This document shows positions 7,834 to 16,780 of a DNA stretch of 59,244 nt, one piece after another (position 1 is the first letter of the stretch; each line of letters starts with the position of its first letter). Origin of the DNA: a virus (Duplodnaviria > Caudoviricetes); the IMG/VR virus record IMGVR_UViG_3300033067_002000, positions 1 through 59,244 of that record. One strand, written 5' to 3'. A program made the translations under genes and the position numbers. The notes under the pieces were generated by a model, which saw only the letters and a list, made by a program, of their open reading frames with translations, searched no databases and was not told the DNA's origin.

Positions 7834-10800
7834 ATGCCCAACCTCACTCCGATCCTGACCGACGCCGCAACCCTCCGCGCCAAGATCCACGCCAAGGCCG
7901 CCTCCGCACTGAAAAGCGCGTTTCCCATCGACTTGAAGGGTCGCACGCTGGAACTGGAGGACGTGAAGGTCCACGCGCAGGAGTACGGCCCCAACGACCA
8001 GAAGCAGAAGCTGCTGACCGAGGGCTCGCTCAACGAGGCCATCAAGGGCACGCTCGTCCTGAAGGACTCGCAAGGCCGCACGATCAACCGCGCCGAGAAC
8101 TTCCTGCTCGGGCACCTGCCGTACCTGACCGAGCGTCACACGCTCATCGCCAACGGCAACGAGTATCAGCTGGCGAACCAGCTTCGCCGCAAGCCTGGGG
8201 TCTATGCCCAAAGGGCCGAGAACGGGGAACTCAAGTCCACGTTCAATCTTGGGCGAGGAAAGAACTTCGACCTGACCTTCAACGAGGGCAAGGGTACCTT
8301 CCACCTCGCGTACGGCACGAGCAACATCCCTCTTTACGCCGTACTGAACGGCCTCGGAGCAAAGCACGAGGACGTCAGCAAGGCGTGGGGTGCCGGCGTC
8401 GCGGCGGCGAACCGTGACGAACACGGACACCAGGTCGATGCCTCGATTTCGAAGCTCTACGGGAAGCTGGCACACCCATCAACGCTGAACATGGCGCTCG
8501 ATCACGAGGCGAAGCGCGCGGAGATCGAGAAGAGTTGGGCTAAGACGCAGCTCGATCCGGAAGTGACGCACGCGACGCTCGGGCACGGACATGATCGTGT
8601 GACGATCCCTGCGCTGCTGGCGGCGTCAAAGAAGCTCCTTCAAATTCACAAGGGCGAGACTGAGGTCGACGACGTCGATGCGCTCACATACAAAACCTTC
8701 CACGCCATCGACGATGTTCTCGCCGAACGCCTGGGCCTCGCGGCGCGCGATTGGAAGATGAAGGCGCGCTTCGCACTCAACGGCAAGACGAACATCCGTG
8801 AGGCATTGAAGCCTGCGCCGTTCTCGAACTCGATCAGGAAGTTCGTGACTACGAGCTCATTGACGGCGGTTCCGACGGGCATCAACCCCATGGAGATCCT
8901 CGACCACGCGATGAAAGTGACGTCGCTCGGCGAGGGAGGCATCCCGAGCGATCGAGCAATTCCGTACGACGCGCGCATGATCCACGACACACACTTCGGG
9001 GCGCTGGACCCGATTCGTACGCCCGAGTCCGGACACTCCGGCGTCGACATCCGCGCCACCATCGCCGCGCATCGTGACGACGCCGGCAACCTCTACACCG
9101 TCGTGCGAGACGTGAAGACCAACAAGGAGGTGTACCTCCGGGCGGGTGATCTCGCGAAGTACGTAGTGGCGTTTCCTCATCAGCCGCTCAGCGGGTTGGT
9201 GGATGCCTTTGAGCATGGGAAGCAAACTCGTGTACCCGCGAGCCGTGTGACCCACCAGGTCATCCACCTGAAGCACCTCTACTCGCCCGTAACGACGCTC
9301 ATCCCTGGCATCCACTCGATTCAGGGCAACCGCGCGATCATGGGTTCGAAGATGGGCACGCAAGCACTGCCTCTCGTCGAGCGCGAGGCTCCGCACGTGC
9401 AAGTCATGTCGCACCTGGCTGACGACGTGTCGTTCGAGCGTATCTACGGCTCGATGATCACACCGCGCGCGCCCGTCGCCGGCACGATCAAGAAGATCGA
9501 CGAGAACTGGATCTACATCCAGCCGCACACCAAGAAGATGGGCGAGAAGACGGCGGCCGAAGCCCTCGTGAAGGTGCCGTACCAGAATCACTTCCCGTTC
9601 CCTTCGAAGACCTACTTGCACCACGCCCTTCACGTGAAGGCCGGCGACAAGGTCGAAGAGGGCGAGAACATGGGTGAGTCCAACTTCACACGCAAGGGTA
9701 CCCTCGCGCTCGGAAAGAACCTGCTCGTCGGGTACCTGCCGTACTACGGCTTCAACTCCAACGATGCCGTAGTCATTTCCGACGCTGCTTCGAAGAAGCT
9801 CACTAGCGAGCACATGTACCGGGAGGTCTATCCGCTTTCGACCGGCTTGGAGATCAACAAGGCCAAGCACCGGATGTACGTCGGCGCGAAGTACACCGTG
9901 TCGCAGTACGCACAGCTCGGCGAAGATGGCGTCGTGAAGAAGGGGGCGAAGGTGCACCCGAAGGACATTCTCGTCGCTGGCATGATGAAGCAGCAGATCA
10001 CAGGCACCGATGCGATGCTGGGTAGGATTTCCAAGGCGTTGTCGAGTCCGTACAAGGATGTGGCGTTGACGTGGGAGCACGGGACTCAGGGCGAAGTTAT
10101 TGACGTCGTAAAGTCTGGAGGGCAGATCGCGATCCTGGTGAAAACGCTTGAGCGTATGCAGATCGGCGACAAGCTCTGCTACGCCGAGGGTACCGACGTG
10201 CTCACCGAGACGGGCTGGAAGCCGATCCAGGACGTGTTATTGACCGAACGTGTGGCCATTCTCGACGGGGACGAGCTCAAGTACGACTACCCATCCGCGA
10301 CACACAAGTACGCAACGGGCGGGCGCATGTACTCGCTGGAGACGCAGCAGGTTGATCTGCTGGTGTCCGAGACGCACAACATGTACGTCAAGCGCCGCTC
10401 CGGCAAAGCCTTCGAGCTCATCCCGGCCAAGAGCGTTTGGAAGGAGCGCGTGCGCTACCGCAAGGACGCCAACTGGACAGGGGTGCCCGCACAGCCTGTG
10501 ATCTTCCCTGCAATGCAAGTCGTGGCGGGCCGGCACGGGCACGGGACGCGTGAGATGCCCGCGTTCTCTATGGCGGCGGCGACGTACGCCATGTTGCTTG
10601 GGATGTTCTTGTCGGAAGGGAATTGTGTCGATCAAATCGACAGCGGTTCGTATGGGATCGACATCACACAGATCAAGGAACCGAATCGGGCAATGCTTCT
10701 GGACGCTCTAACGGCGGCGGGGCTCAAGTTTTGTGAGGCGAGTCACCACACAAAGGTTCGGATCTACTCCAAGCAGCTCTTGGAACACTTCAAGCAGTTT

Positions 10801-13800
10801 GGATTGTCCGAAGACAAGTACATCCCGAACTTCGTGTTCACATGGGATCGCGAGACACTCAAGATCCTGTTCAAGTGGCTGATGTGGGGCGACGGCAACG
10901 CGTTGGACGGGCGGTCCGTGGCGTACACCACGACGTCCCTACGTTTGGCTGACGACGTTCAACGGCTTCTGCTGCACATCGGCTACGCCGGCAACATCAA
11001 GTCGAGCCACAAGCCTGTGCAGACCATCAAGGGTCGTACGTCGCACAACTGCCTGCGCCGTTACGACGTTCGCACCATCACGACGAAGCTCCAGCCCGAG
11101 GTCAATCACGGGCACACCAAGACGCAATCGGGTCAGACGGAATCGTGGATCCCGGACTACCAGGCGCCCATCTACGGCCTGACGGTTCCTGGCGGCGTCA
11201 TCTACGTACGGCGCAACGGCAAGTCCGTGTGGTCCGGCAACAGTGGGCGCTACGGCAACAAGGGCGTCGTCGCCAAGATCGTCCCCGACCACGAGATGAT
11301 CCGTGACGCCGAGGGTCGTCCTATCGACTTGCTCCTCACGTCGGCGGGCGTTGTCTCACGCATCAACCCCATGCAGGTGATCGAGACCGCCCTCGGCAAG
11401 GTCGCCGAGAAGACCGGCAAGCCGATCCTCTTCGACAATGCGGCCGGGCACAACGCCGAGGCGTGGGCGCAGAAGCTGCTCAACGAGCACAACATCAAGG
11501 ACAAGGAGCACCTCTACGACCCCGTCTTGAAGCGGCACATCAAGGGCTCCGACGGCAACGGCGTCCTTGTCGGCCGTCAGTACATCTACAAGCTCTTCAA
11601 GTCGACCGACACCAACTTCGCTGGGCACGGCGTGGGCCCGTACGACTTGAACGAGCAACCGCTCAAGACCGGGGGCGACGACTCCGCCAAGGGCCTCGGC
11701 AAGATGGAGTTCGACGCGCTCCTCGCACATAACGCCCGCAACTTCCTCCGCGACGCGGCCACAGTGCGCGGGCAGAAGTCCGAGGAGTTCTGGAAGGCTG
11801 TGCAGACCGGGATGCCGCTCCCGGCCGGCAAACCGTCGTTCGCGTACAACAAGTTCCTGGGCATGCTCGAAGGCGCCGGCATCCGCGTCGACAAGCGCGG
11901 ATCGAAGATCACGCTCATGCCGCTTACGGACAAGGACGTGCTCGCGCGCAGCACCGGCGCCATCGAGAACAACAAGACGTTGGCGGCGAAGAACCTCAAG
12001 CCGGAAGCTGGCGGCCTCTTCGATTTACGCCGTACTGGCGGCGCCAACGGCACTCTCTACTCGCACATCGACTTGCACGAGAAGATGCCGAGCCCTGTGT
12101 TCCAGGAGCCTGTTCGCCGCTTGCTTGGGCTCACGCAGGCGGAGTTCGACAAGCACCTCGGCGACAAGGGCGGCTCGTGGTTCCACTCCGAGCTCTCGAA
12201 GATCGACGTGACGAAAAAGATCGCCGAGCTGCGCGAGAAGATGAAGAAGGCTGGCGGCCCGGTGCTCAACGACTTGATCAAGCAGATCAAGTACCTGGAG
12301 ACGTTGAAGGCCCACAACCTCACGCCGCAGGACGCGTACATGGTGTCGAAGGTGCCGGTGGTGCCTCCGATCCTGCGCCCGATTCTGCCGATGCCCAACG
12401 ACCCGACGCAGATCATGGTGAGCGATCCGAACAAGCTCTATGCGCACTTGATGGACGCGAACCACACGCTCAAGAACACCGCGATCGAGAGTGACACGGC
12501 GAAGCACCGGCGCGAGCTGTTCGGCTCGATGGAGGCCTTGTACGGGACTGCGCTGCCTCTCGACCCGAAGCTGTCGCAACAGAAGACGAAGGGGTTCTTG
12601 GCGAACATCGCGGGTGTGGGGACGCCGAAGGGTGGGTTCTTCCAACGCAAGCTCATGCGCCGTAACCAAGACGTGTCAGGACGCGGTACGGCGGTACCAG
12701 ACGTGAACCTCGGCATGGACGAGATCGGCGTTCCCGAGGCCATGCTGTGGGGCATGCTCGACAAGTTCCTCGTCGCCCGGTTGGTGCGCAAGGGCTACAG
12801 CGGCCTGGACGCGCGCGAGCTCGTCAACAAGAAGACCCCTGCGGCGAAGCAGGCGATGATGGAGGAAGTGAAGGAGCGCCCCTTCATCTTCAACCGCGCC
12901 CCGACGCTGCACCGGTTCAGCGTGCTCGCTGCGTACGCGAAGCCGGTGCAGGGCAAGACCCTGCGCGTGAATCCGTTCGGGGAAAAGGGGCTAAATCTTG
13001 ATTATGACGGCGATTTCTCGATTAGTGCATTAACAGTATTGATCGACAGCGCTACCTCTGACGACGTGACCCGCAAGTGGGCGGCGTCGCAAACGGAGGT
13101 GCCTATGTCCGCGCGTTTCAAAGAGGTTGTCGGCGTCAAAAACGGAACGAGTGTCTACTTCTGTCACTTGGCTGATTTTCCTCGACACGAAGAAATCAGC
13201 AGCGTCAGCAACCACATCACATTCCACAAGGTTCCTGACGGCGTTGAGGTGCTCTCGTACGATGCCGCCACGGGGCGTATCATCGCCACGAAGCCCTCGT
13301 ACTGGTCGTTCCACAAACAGCGTGAAGTCGAAATCGCGACACTCATGTCCAAGCGCCAGATCATCAGCGACGACGACGAGCGCGCCGTTTATGGCTTGAA
13401 CGCCAATTTGGAAGAAGTGCGCGCTCGGCCATCAGAAGCGGTCGGCATTCATGTGCCGGTCGGTTTCGGATTCGAGGACCTCGGCGAAACGCTCACGCGT
13501 ATCGCGACGCCGCCCATCAACCGTAACAACGCATACGCGCTCAAGGAGTTCATCGAGCTCAACGAACGCACGGGGCGCGTGATCGGCACTTACGTGGGCG
13601 ATGGGTGGGTCTCGTACTTGCACGACAAGATCGTTGGTACGTGCCTCGCCAACGTAGCCCCTGAAGTCACCAAGCACTTCTATGCTGACCTTGAAGCCGA
13701 GTTCTTCGCTGAAATGCCTGGAACGTACCACCGCACCACCGAAGCCCTGACGCAGGGAAACTACGGCGAGAGTCAAAAGCACACGGTCAATTCGACAGAA

Positions 13801-14973
13801 CTCGGGCGCTGGTTAGCACCACTGATCGGGCGCGGGGCCGAGAACAAGCACCTGCCGCCTTGGTACTTGTTCACACCTCAAGCCTTCAGGGAAGGGCTGC
13901 TGGCCGGCTTGTTGGACACGGACGGGACAGTATCTTGCTCCAAGCCCACGACCAAAAAGTTGAACGGGCAATGGATGGTGAACTACAGCAGTACCAGTCT
14001 GCGTCTGTCGCAAGAATTGGTATGGTTGTGTCGCTCGTTGGGGATCCATGCGCACGTAGGTCCCACCAAGACCAAGGCAGGGGGGCCGGCTTGGCAAACC
14101 AACATCTCTACCGTGGATCTCACACGTGCAAACGTGCCGTGTGTCCACGCTGAGAAACGTGACGGGCTGTCGCGAATCAAGACCGAGGTCGCACAGGTGA
14201 GTGCCGCCAGTTCCGCTCTCGACATGATTCCTATCCCGGAGTTCATCGCAGCCAAGCTCAGCCGGTGCTGTCCGACAAGTTCTACGCCGTATGTCCTTTT
14301 GCGGAAGGCGACGCGGACAAACGTCGTCAATCGCGCGCTGGCCGAACGGGTCTTGGCCAGCAACCCTACGCTGCGTGAAGATGTCAGCCCTCTCATGCAA
14401 CGCTGGTTGCAGATCGTCGACAATCACGCAGTTCGCTGGGACCGCGTCGTCTCCTACGAGAAAACCGGCATCGTCGAGGACGGCTACGACCTCACCGTCC
14501 CCGGCTACGAAACGTTCATGAACGTCGAAGGCGTGATCCTGTCCAACACGTTGCAGATCCACGCGCCCATCACCGCCGGCGGCATCGAGGACACCAAGAA
14601 GATGCTGCTCTCCAACCTCCTCTTGGCTGATCAGAGGAAGAACACGTTGATGGCGTTCCCTCAGCACGAAGCCATCATCGGGTTTACCCTTGCGGCGAAA
14701 GCTCAGGGTAAGGGTCCTGTGAAGCACTTCGCTACTGAGGAAGACGTGATCGCAGCCTACCGGCGCGGCGAGATTCCGATGGACGCCCTGGTGGAAATCG
14801 ACAACAAGAAGCACGCCGCCGACCCCGTCGACAACACCGACAACGACGAGTCCGACCCTGCCGAAGGCGATTTCGTCCCGGGGCACGCGAGCGTCTTAGC
14901 CTTGTATCCGCCCGGGAGTGTCACCGGCGAAGCGGATGAAGACGATGACGACGATGTTCCCGTTTCTGGCTGA
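7834..14973 (+). CDS. rpoBC: RNA polymerase beta fused to N-terminal half of beta', containing two inteins (about 1513 aa after splicing)
   Basis: Beta motifs HFGALDPIRTPE, GNRAIMGSKMGTQA, GDKL|SGRYGNKG and GLGKMEFDAL; beta' motifs VPVVPPILRP, FNRAPTLHR and NLDYDGD|TLQIHAP. Confidence 0.96.
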   Translation: MPNLTPILTDAATLRAKIHAKAASALKSAFPIDLKGRTLELEDVKVHAQEYGPNDQKQKLLTEGSLNEAIKGTLVLKDSQGRTINRAENFLLGHLPYLTERHTLIANGNEYQLANQLRRKPGVYAQRAENGELKSTFNLGRGKNFDLTFNEGKGTFHLAYGTSNIPLYAVLNGLGAKHEDVSKAWGAGVAAANRDEHGHQVDASISKLYGKLAHPSTLNMALDHEAKRAEIEKSWAKTQLDPEVTHATLGHGHDRVTIPALLAASKKLLQIHKGETEVDDVDALTYKTFHAIDDVLAERLGLAARDWKMKARFALNGKTNIREALKPAPFSNSIRKFVTTSSLTAVPTGINPMEILDHAMKVTSLGEGGIPSDRAIPYDARMIHDTHFGALDPIRTPESGHSGVDIRATIAAHRDDAGNLYTVVRDVKTNKEVYLRAGDLAKYVVAFPHQPLSGLVDAFEHGKQTRVPASRVTHQVIHLKHLYSPVTTLIPGIHSIQGNRAIMGSKMGTQALPLVEREAPHVQVMSHLADDVSFERIYGSMITPRAPVAGTIKKIDENWIYIQPHTKKMGEKTAAEALVKVPYQNHFPFPSKTYLHHALHVKAGDKVEEGENMGESNFTRKGTLALGKNLLVGYLPYYGFNSNDAVVISDAASKKLTSEHMYREVYPLSTGLEINKAKHRMYVGAKYTVSQYAQLGEDGVVKKGAKVHPKDILVAGMMKQQITGTDAMLGRISKALSSPYKDVALTWEHGTQGEVIDVVKSGGQIAILVKTLERMQIGDKLCYAEGTDVLTETGWKPIQDVLLTERVAILDGDELKYDYPSATHKYATGGRMYSLETQQVDLLVSETHNMYVKRRSGKAFELIPAKSVWKERVRYRKDANWTGVPAQPVIFPAMQVVAGRHGHGTREMPAFSMAAATYAMLLGMFLSEGNCVDQIDSGSYGIDITQIKEPNRAMLLDALTAAGLKFCEASHHTKVRIYSKQLLEHFKQFGLSEDKYIPNFVFTWDRETLKILFKWLMWGDGNALDGRSVAYTTTSLRLADDVQRLLLHIGYAGNIKSSHKPVQTIKGRTSHNCLRRYDVRTITTKLQPEVNHGHTKTQSGQTESWIPDYQAPIYGLTVPGGVIYVRRNGKSVWSGNSGRYGNKGVVAKIVPDHEMIRDAEGRPIDLLLTSAGVVSRINPMQVIETALGKVAEKTGKPILFDNAAGHNAEAWAQKLLNEHNIKDKEHLYDPVLKRHIKGSDGNGVLVGRQYIYKLFKSTDTNFAGHGVGPYDLNEQPLKTGGDDSAKGLGKMEFDALLAHNARNFLRDAATVRGQKSEEFWKAVQTGMPLPAGKPSFAYNKFLGMLEGAGIRVDKRGSKITLMPLTDKDVLARSTGAIENNKTLAAKNLKPEAGGLFDLRRTGGANGTLYSHIDLHEKMPSPVFQEPVRRLLGLTQAEFDKHLGDKGGSWFHSELSKIDVTKKIAELREKMKKAGGPVLNDLIKQIKYLETLKAHNLTPQDAYMVSKVPVVPPILRPILPMPNDPTQIMVSDPNKLYAHLMDANHTLKNTAIESDTAKHRRELFGSMEALYGTALPLDPKLSQQKTKGFLANIAGVGTPKGGFFQRKLMRRNQDVSGRGTAVPDVNLGMDEIGVPEAMLWGMLDKFLVARLVRKGYSGLDARELVNKKTPAAKQAMMEEVKERPFIFNRAPTLHRFSVLAAYAKPVQGKTLRVNPFGEKGLNLDYDGDFSISALTVLIDSATSDDVTRKWAASQTEVPMSARFKEVVGVKNGTSVYFCHLADFPRHEEISSVSNHITFHKVPDGVEVLSYDAATGRIIATKPSYWSFHKQREVEIATLMSKRQIISDDDERAVYGLNANLEEVRARPSEAVGIHVPVGFGFEDLGETLTRIATPPINRNNAYALKEFIELNERTGRVIGTYVGDGWVSYLHDKIVGTCLANVAPEVTKHFYADLEAEFFAEMPGTYHRTTEALTQGNYGESQKHTVNSTELGRWLAPLIGRGAENKHLPPWYLFTPQAFREGLLAGLLDTDGTVSCSKPTTKKLNGQWMVNYSSTSLRLSQELVWLCRSLGIHAHVGPTKTKAGGPAWQTNISTVDLTRANVPCVHAEKRDGLSRIKTEVAQVSAASSALDMIPIPEFIAAKLSRCCPTSSTPYVLLRKATRTNVVNRALAERVLASNPTLREDVSPLMQRWLQIVDNHAVRWDRVVSYEKTGIVEDGYDLTVPGYETFMNVEGVILSNTLQIHAPITAGGIEDTKKMLLSNLLLADQRKNTLMAFPQHEAIIGFTLAAKAQGKGPVKHFATEEDVIAAYRRGEIPMDALVEIDNKKHAADPVDNTDNDESDPAEGDFVPGHASVLALYPPGSVTGEADEDDDDDVPVSG
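10177..11241 (+). mobile_element. Intein 1 (355 aa) with LAGLIDADG homing endonuclease, in the beta GDKL/SGRYGNKG motif
   Basis: Starts CYAEGTDVLT and ends WSGN before Ser; LLGMFLSEG and WLMWGDG motifs; removal restores the conserved beta motif. Confidence 0.92.
13015..14547 (+). mobile_element. Intein 2 (511 aa), atypical N-terminus, LAGLIDADG endonuclease, directly after catalytic DYDGD
   Basis: Ends GYDLTVPGYETF...ILSN before Thr; IGTYVGDG and LAGLLDTDG motifs; removal gives NLDYDGDTLQIHAP, matching NADFDGDQMAVHVP. Confidence 0.88.
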
Positions 14974-15496
14974 GCTGATTGAGAAGACGGGGTCGGACTA
15001 CGACCAACCCGCCCCGCCCGAGCAACCGGCACCCCCGGAGCAGCCGGCGCCGCCCGAACAAGCCCCGGAACCCGAGCAACCCTCTCCCTATCTGGAAATC
15101 CTTCGACGGCTTCTGACCAAGAAGACGACGTTGATGCTCGCGTACATTTCCTACGGCGACCAGCTCCAAGCGTTCTTCCGCGACGGGATCTACGAGCACT
15201 TCCAAGAGCACCTCAAAGAAGAGCGGGCTGCCGTCTACGAAATCCACAAGAAGATCGTGGCGCTCGGCGGCGGTGCTGGCGTGCAGATCGAGCCCGTGCC
15301 CCCAGTGCCGCTCGACAACCCGCGCTTCATCTTCGGCATCATCCAGTCTTTGGAGATGCAGGCTGTCGAGCTCTGGACCGAGCTCTTCAACGCTACCAAG
15401 AAGGACGTGCCTCTGAACGGCCTCGCGCAAGACAACGCACGCATCGATCAAGCACACGCGGACGACATGGCGCGCTACCTTCGGGCGGTACCATGA
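14954..15496 (+). CDS. Ferritin-like (Dps/bacterioferritin fold) protein with N-terminal leader and QPAPPE repeats
   Basis: YEHFQEHLKEE...KIVALGG, LEMQAVELW and DQAHADDM helical-bundle pattern; start uncertain (14936/14945/14954). Confidence 0.65.
   Translation: MFPFLAELIEKTGSDYDQPAPPEQPAPPEQPAPPEQAPEPEQPSPYLEILRRLLTKKTTLMLAYISYGDQLQAFFRDGIYEHFQEHLKEERAAVYEIHKKIVALGGGAGVQIEPVPPVPLDNPRFIFGIIQSLEMQAVELWTELFNATKKDVPLNGLAQDNARIDQAHADDMARYLRAVP
15005..15082 (+). repeat. In-frame 18-bp repeat (QPAPPE x3 plus variant)
   Basis: Translation QPAPPEQPAPPEQPAPPEQAPEPEQP. Confidence 0.8.
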
Positions 15497-15852
15497 GCGA
15501 GCTCGACCCCTTGATCCACGGCATCGCCACGCGCCTGAAGAAGAAGCAGCGCGGCTTTCACTTCGATCCCCCGCCGGGTTTTTACGGAGTCAAGAAGCTC
15601 TTCGGCAAGACGGCCGAGGCGTGCGCGCGTGGTGTGGCTTCGGTGCTCGCGAAGTACGCCCTGCTCGACAACCAGAAGACGCCGATCGAGGACCTCGCGA
15701 AGCTCTTCAGCACGTCGAACTTTGGGTACGGCGACAACCCTGGCAAGCGGCCGGGCAAAGAGCCTGTGAACTGGGGCGCTGCGGGCGCGGCGCCTGACGG
15801 TCAAGGTGATCGCGCGGGGGCTTCGAGGTTCTTGCGTTCAACCAGCGTTTGA
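15493..15852 (+). CDS. Hypothetical protein with KTA motif
   Basis: ATGA-coupled to the upstream gene; coding-like codon usage. Confidence 0.65.
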   Translation: MSELDPLIHGIATRLKKKQRGFHFDPPPGFYGVKKLFGKTAEACARGVASVLAKYALLDNQKTPIEDLAKLFSTSNFGYGDNPGKRPGKEPVNWGAAGAAPDGQGDRAGASRFLRSTSV

Positions 15853-15863
15853 TAGGAGTTGAA

Positions 15864-16523
15864 ATGAGTACGCCCGAACAGATCAAAGAAGCCCAATGGC
15901 GCGGCGTCGACCGCGCCCTCACCCTCTACGGCCTCGACAAGACCGCCGGTGTTCTTGGCACGCTCGGCAGCGCGCTCGGTCGAGCGGGCACCGGCGCAGC
16001 CAAGGCGTACCAGCATGGCGGCGGCACCATGATGCAGAACGCTGCGAAGGGTGCCAAGGCCGGTTGGTCGGGCTTCCAGCGCGCAGGTGGCATGCAGGCT
16101 GCTGGCAAGGCCCTCGGCGGCGCGGCGCTCGCGGGTGGCGCGGCGTACGGAGCAGGCAAGGCGTTCGGGGCGGGACAGCAGTCGAACCAGCCGCCGAAGA
16201 TGGCGGGGATCAGCGACTTCGCGGCCATCGCGGCCCTCCCTGCTCTCGGCGGCGCGTTCAAGGGCGTTTCGCACAACCACGCAGAGCCTGTTCAAGGTGC
16301 CGCACGAGGTGTCGCAGGCGCGACGGGCGGGGCGCTGGCCGGCGGCGTGGCGGGCCTCGGCGGCAGCCTCGCGCTCTCGCACCTTTTGAAGCCGCAAGTG
16401 GGTGACAAGAGCCCCATCAAGGCATTGGCCGCGCTCGCGCCCCTCCTGCTCGGTACGGTCGGCGGCGGCGTCGGCGGCTACAACCTCGCGACCAAGAAGT
16501 ACGATCAGCCCCGTCAGGACTAA
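15864..16523 (+). CDS. Gly-zipper membrane-type protein with LYGLDKTA leader (putative virion cargo)
   Basis: AGGAG SD; GxxxG-rich hydrophobic helices; N-terminal module shared with 18570..19394. Confidence 0.75.
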   Translation: MSTPEQIKEAQWRGVDRALTLYGLDKTAGVLGTLGSALGRAGTGAAKAYQHGGGTMMQNAAKGAKAGWSGFQRAGGMQAAGKALGGAALAGGAAYGAGKAFGAGQQSNQPPKMAGISDFAAIAALPALGGAFKGVSHNHAEPVQGAARGVAGATGGALAGGVAGLGGSLALSHLLKPQVGDKSPIKALAALAPLLLGTVGGGVGGYNLATKKYDQPRQD

Positions 16524-16540
16524 ACAGAAGGACAACGATC

Positions 16541-16768
16541 ATGGATTTCGGACAGGCACTTCTCCTGCTCAAGCAGGGACATCGCGTGGCTCGGGATGGC
16601 TGGAACGGCAAGGGCATGTCCCTTGAACTGCAACGCCCGGACATGAACTCAAAGATGACGCTCCCGTACATCTTCATGACCACGGTGCAAGGTCAGCGTG
16701 TCCCGTGGCTTGCGTCGCAAACCGACATGCTCGCCGAAGACTGGGCCGTATTGCCCGCCATCGCGTAG
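16541..16768 (+). CDS. DUF2829 / Tad2-like anti-defence protein
   Basis: [21 protein letters not shown]...PYI...[15 protein letters not shown] signature. Confidence 0.88.
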   Translation: MDFGQALLLLKQGHRVARDGWNGKGMSLELQRPDMNSKMTLPYIFMTTVQGQRVPWLASQTDMLAEDWAVLPAIA

Positions 16769-16780
16769 TAAGGGGGTCTC

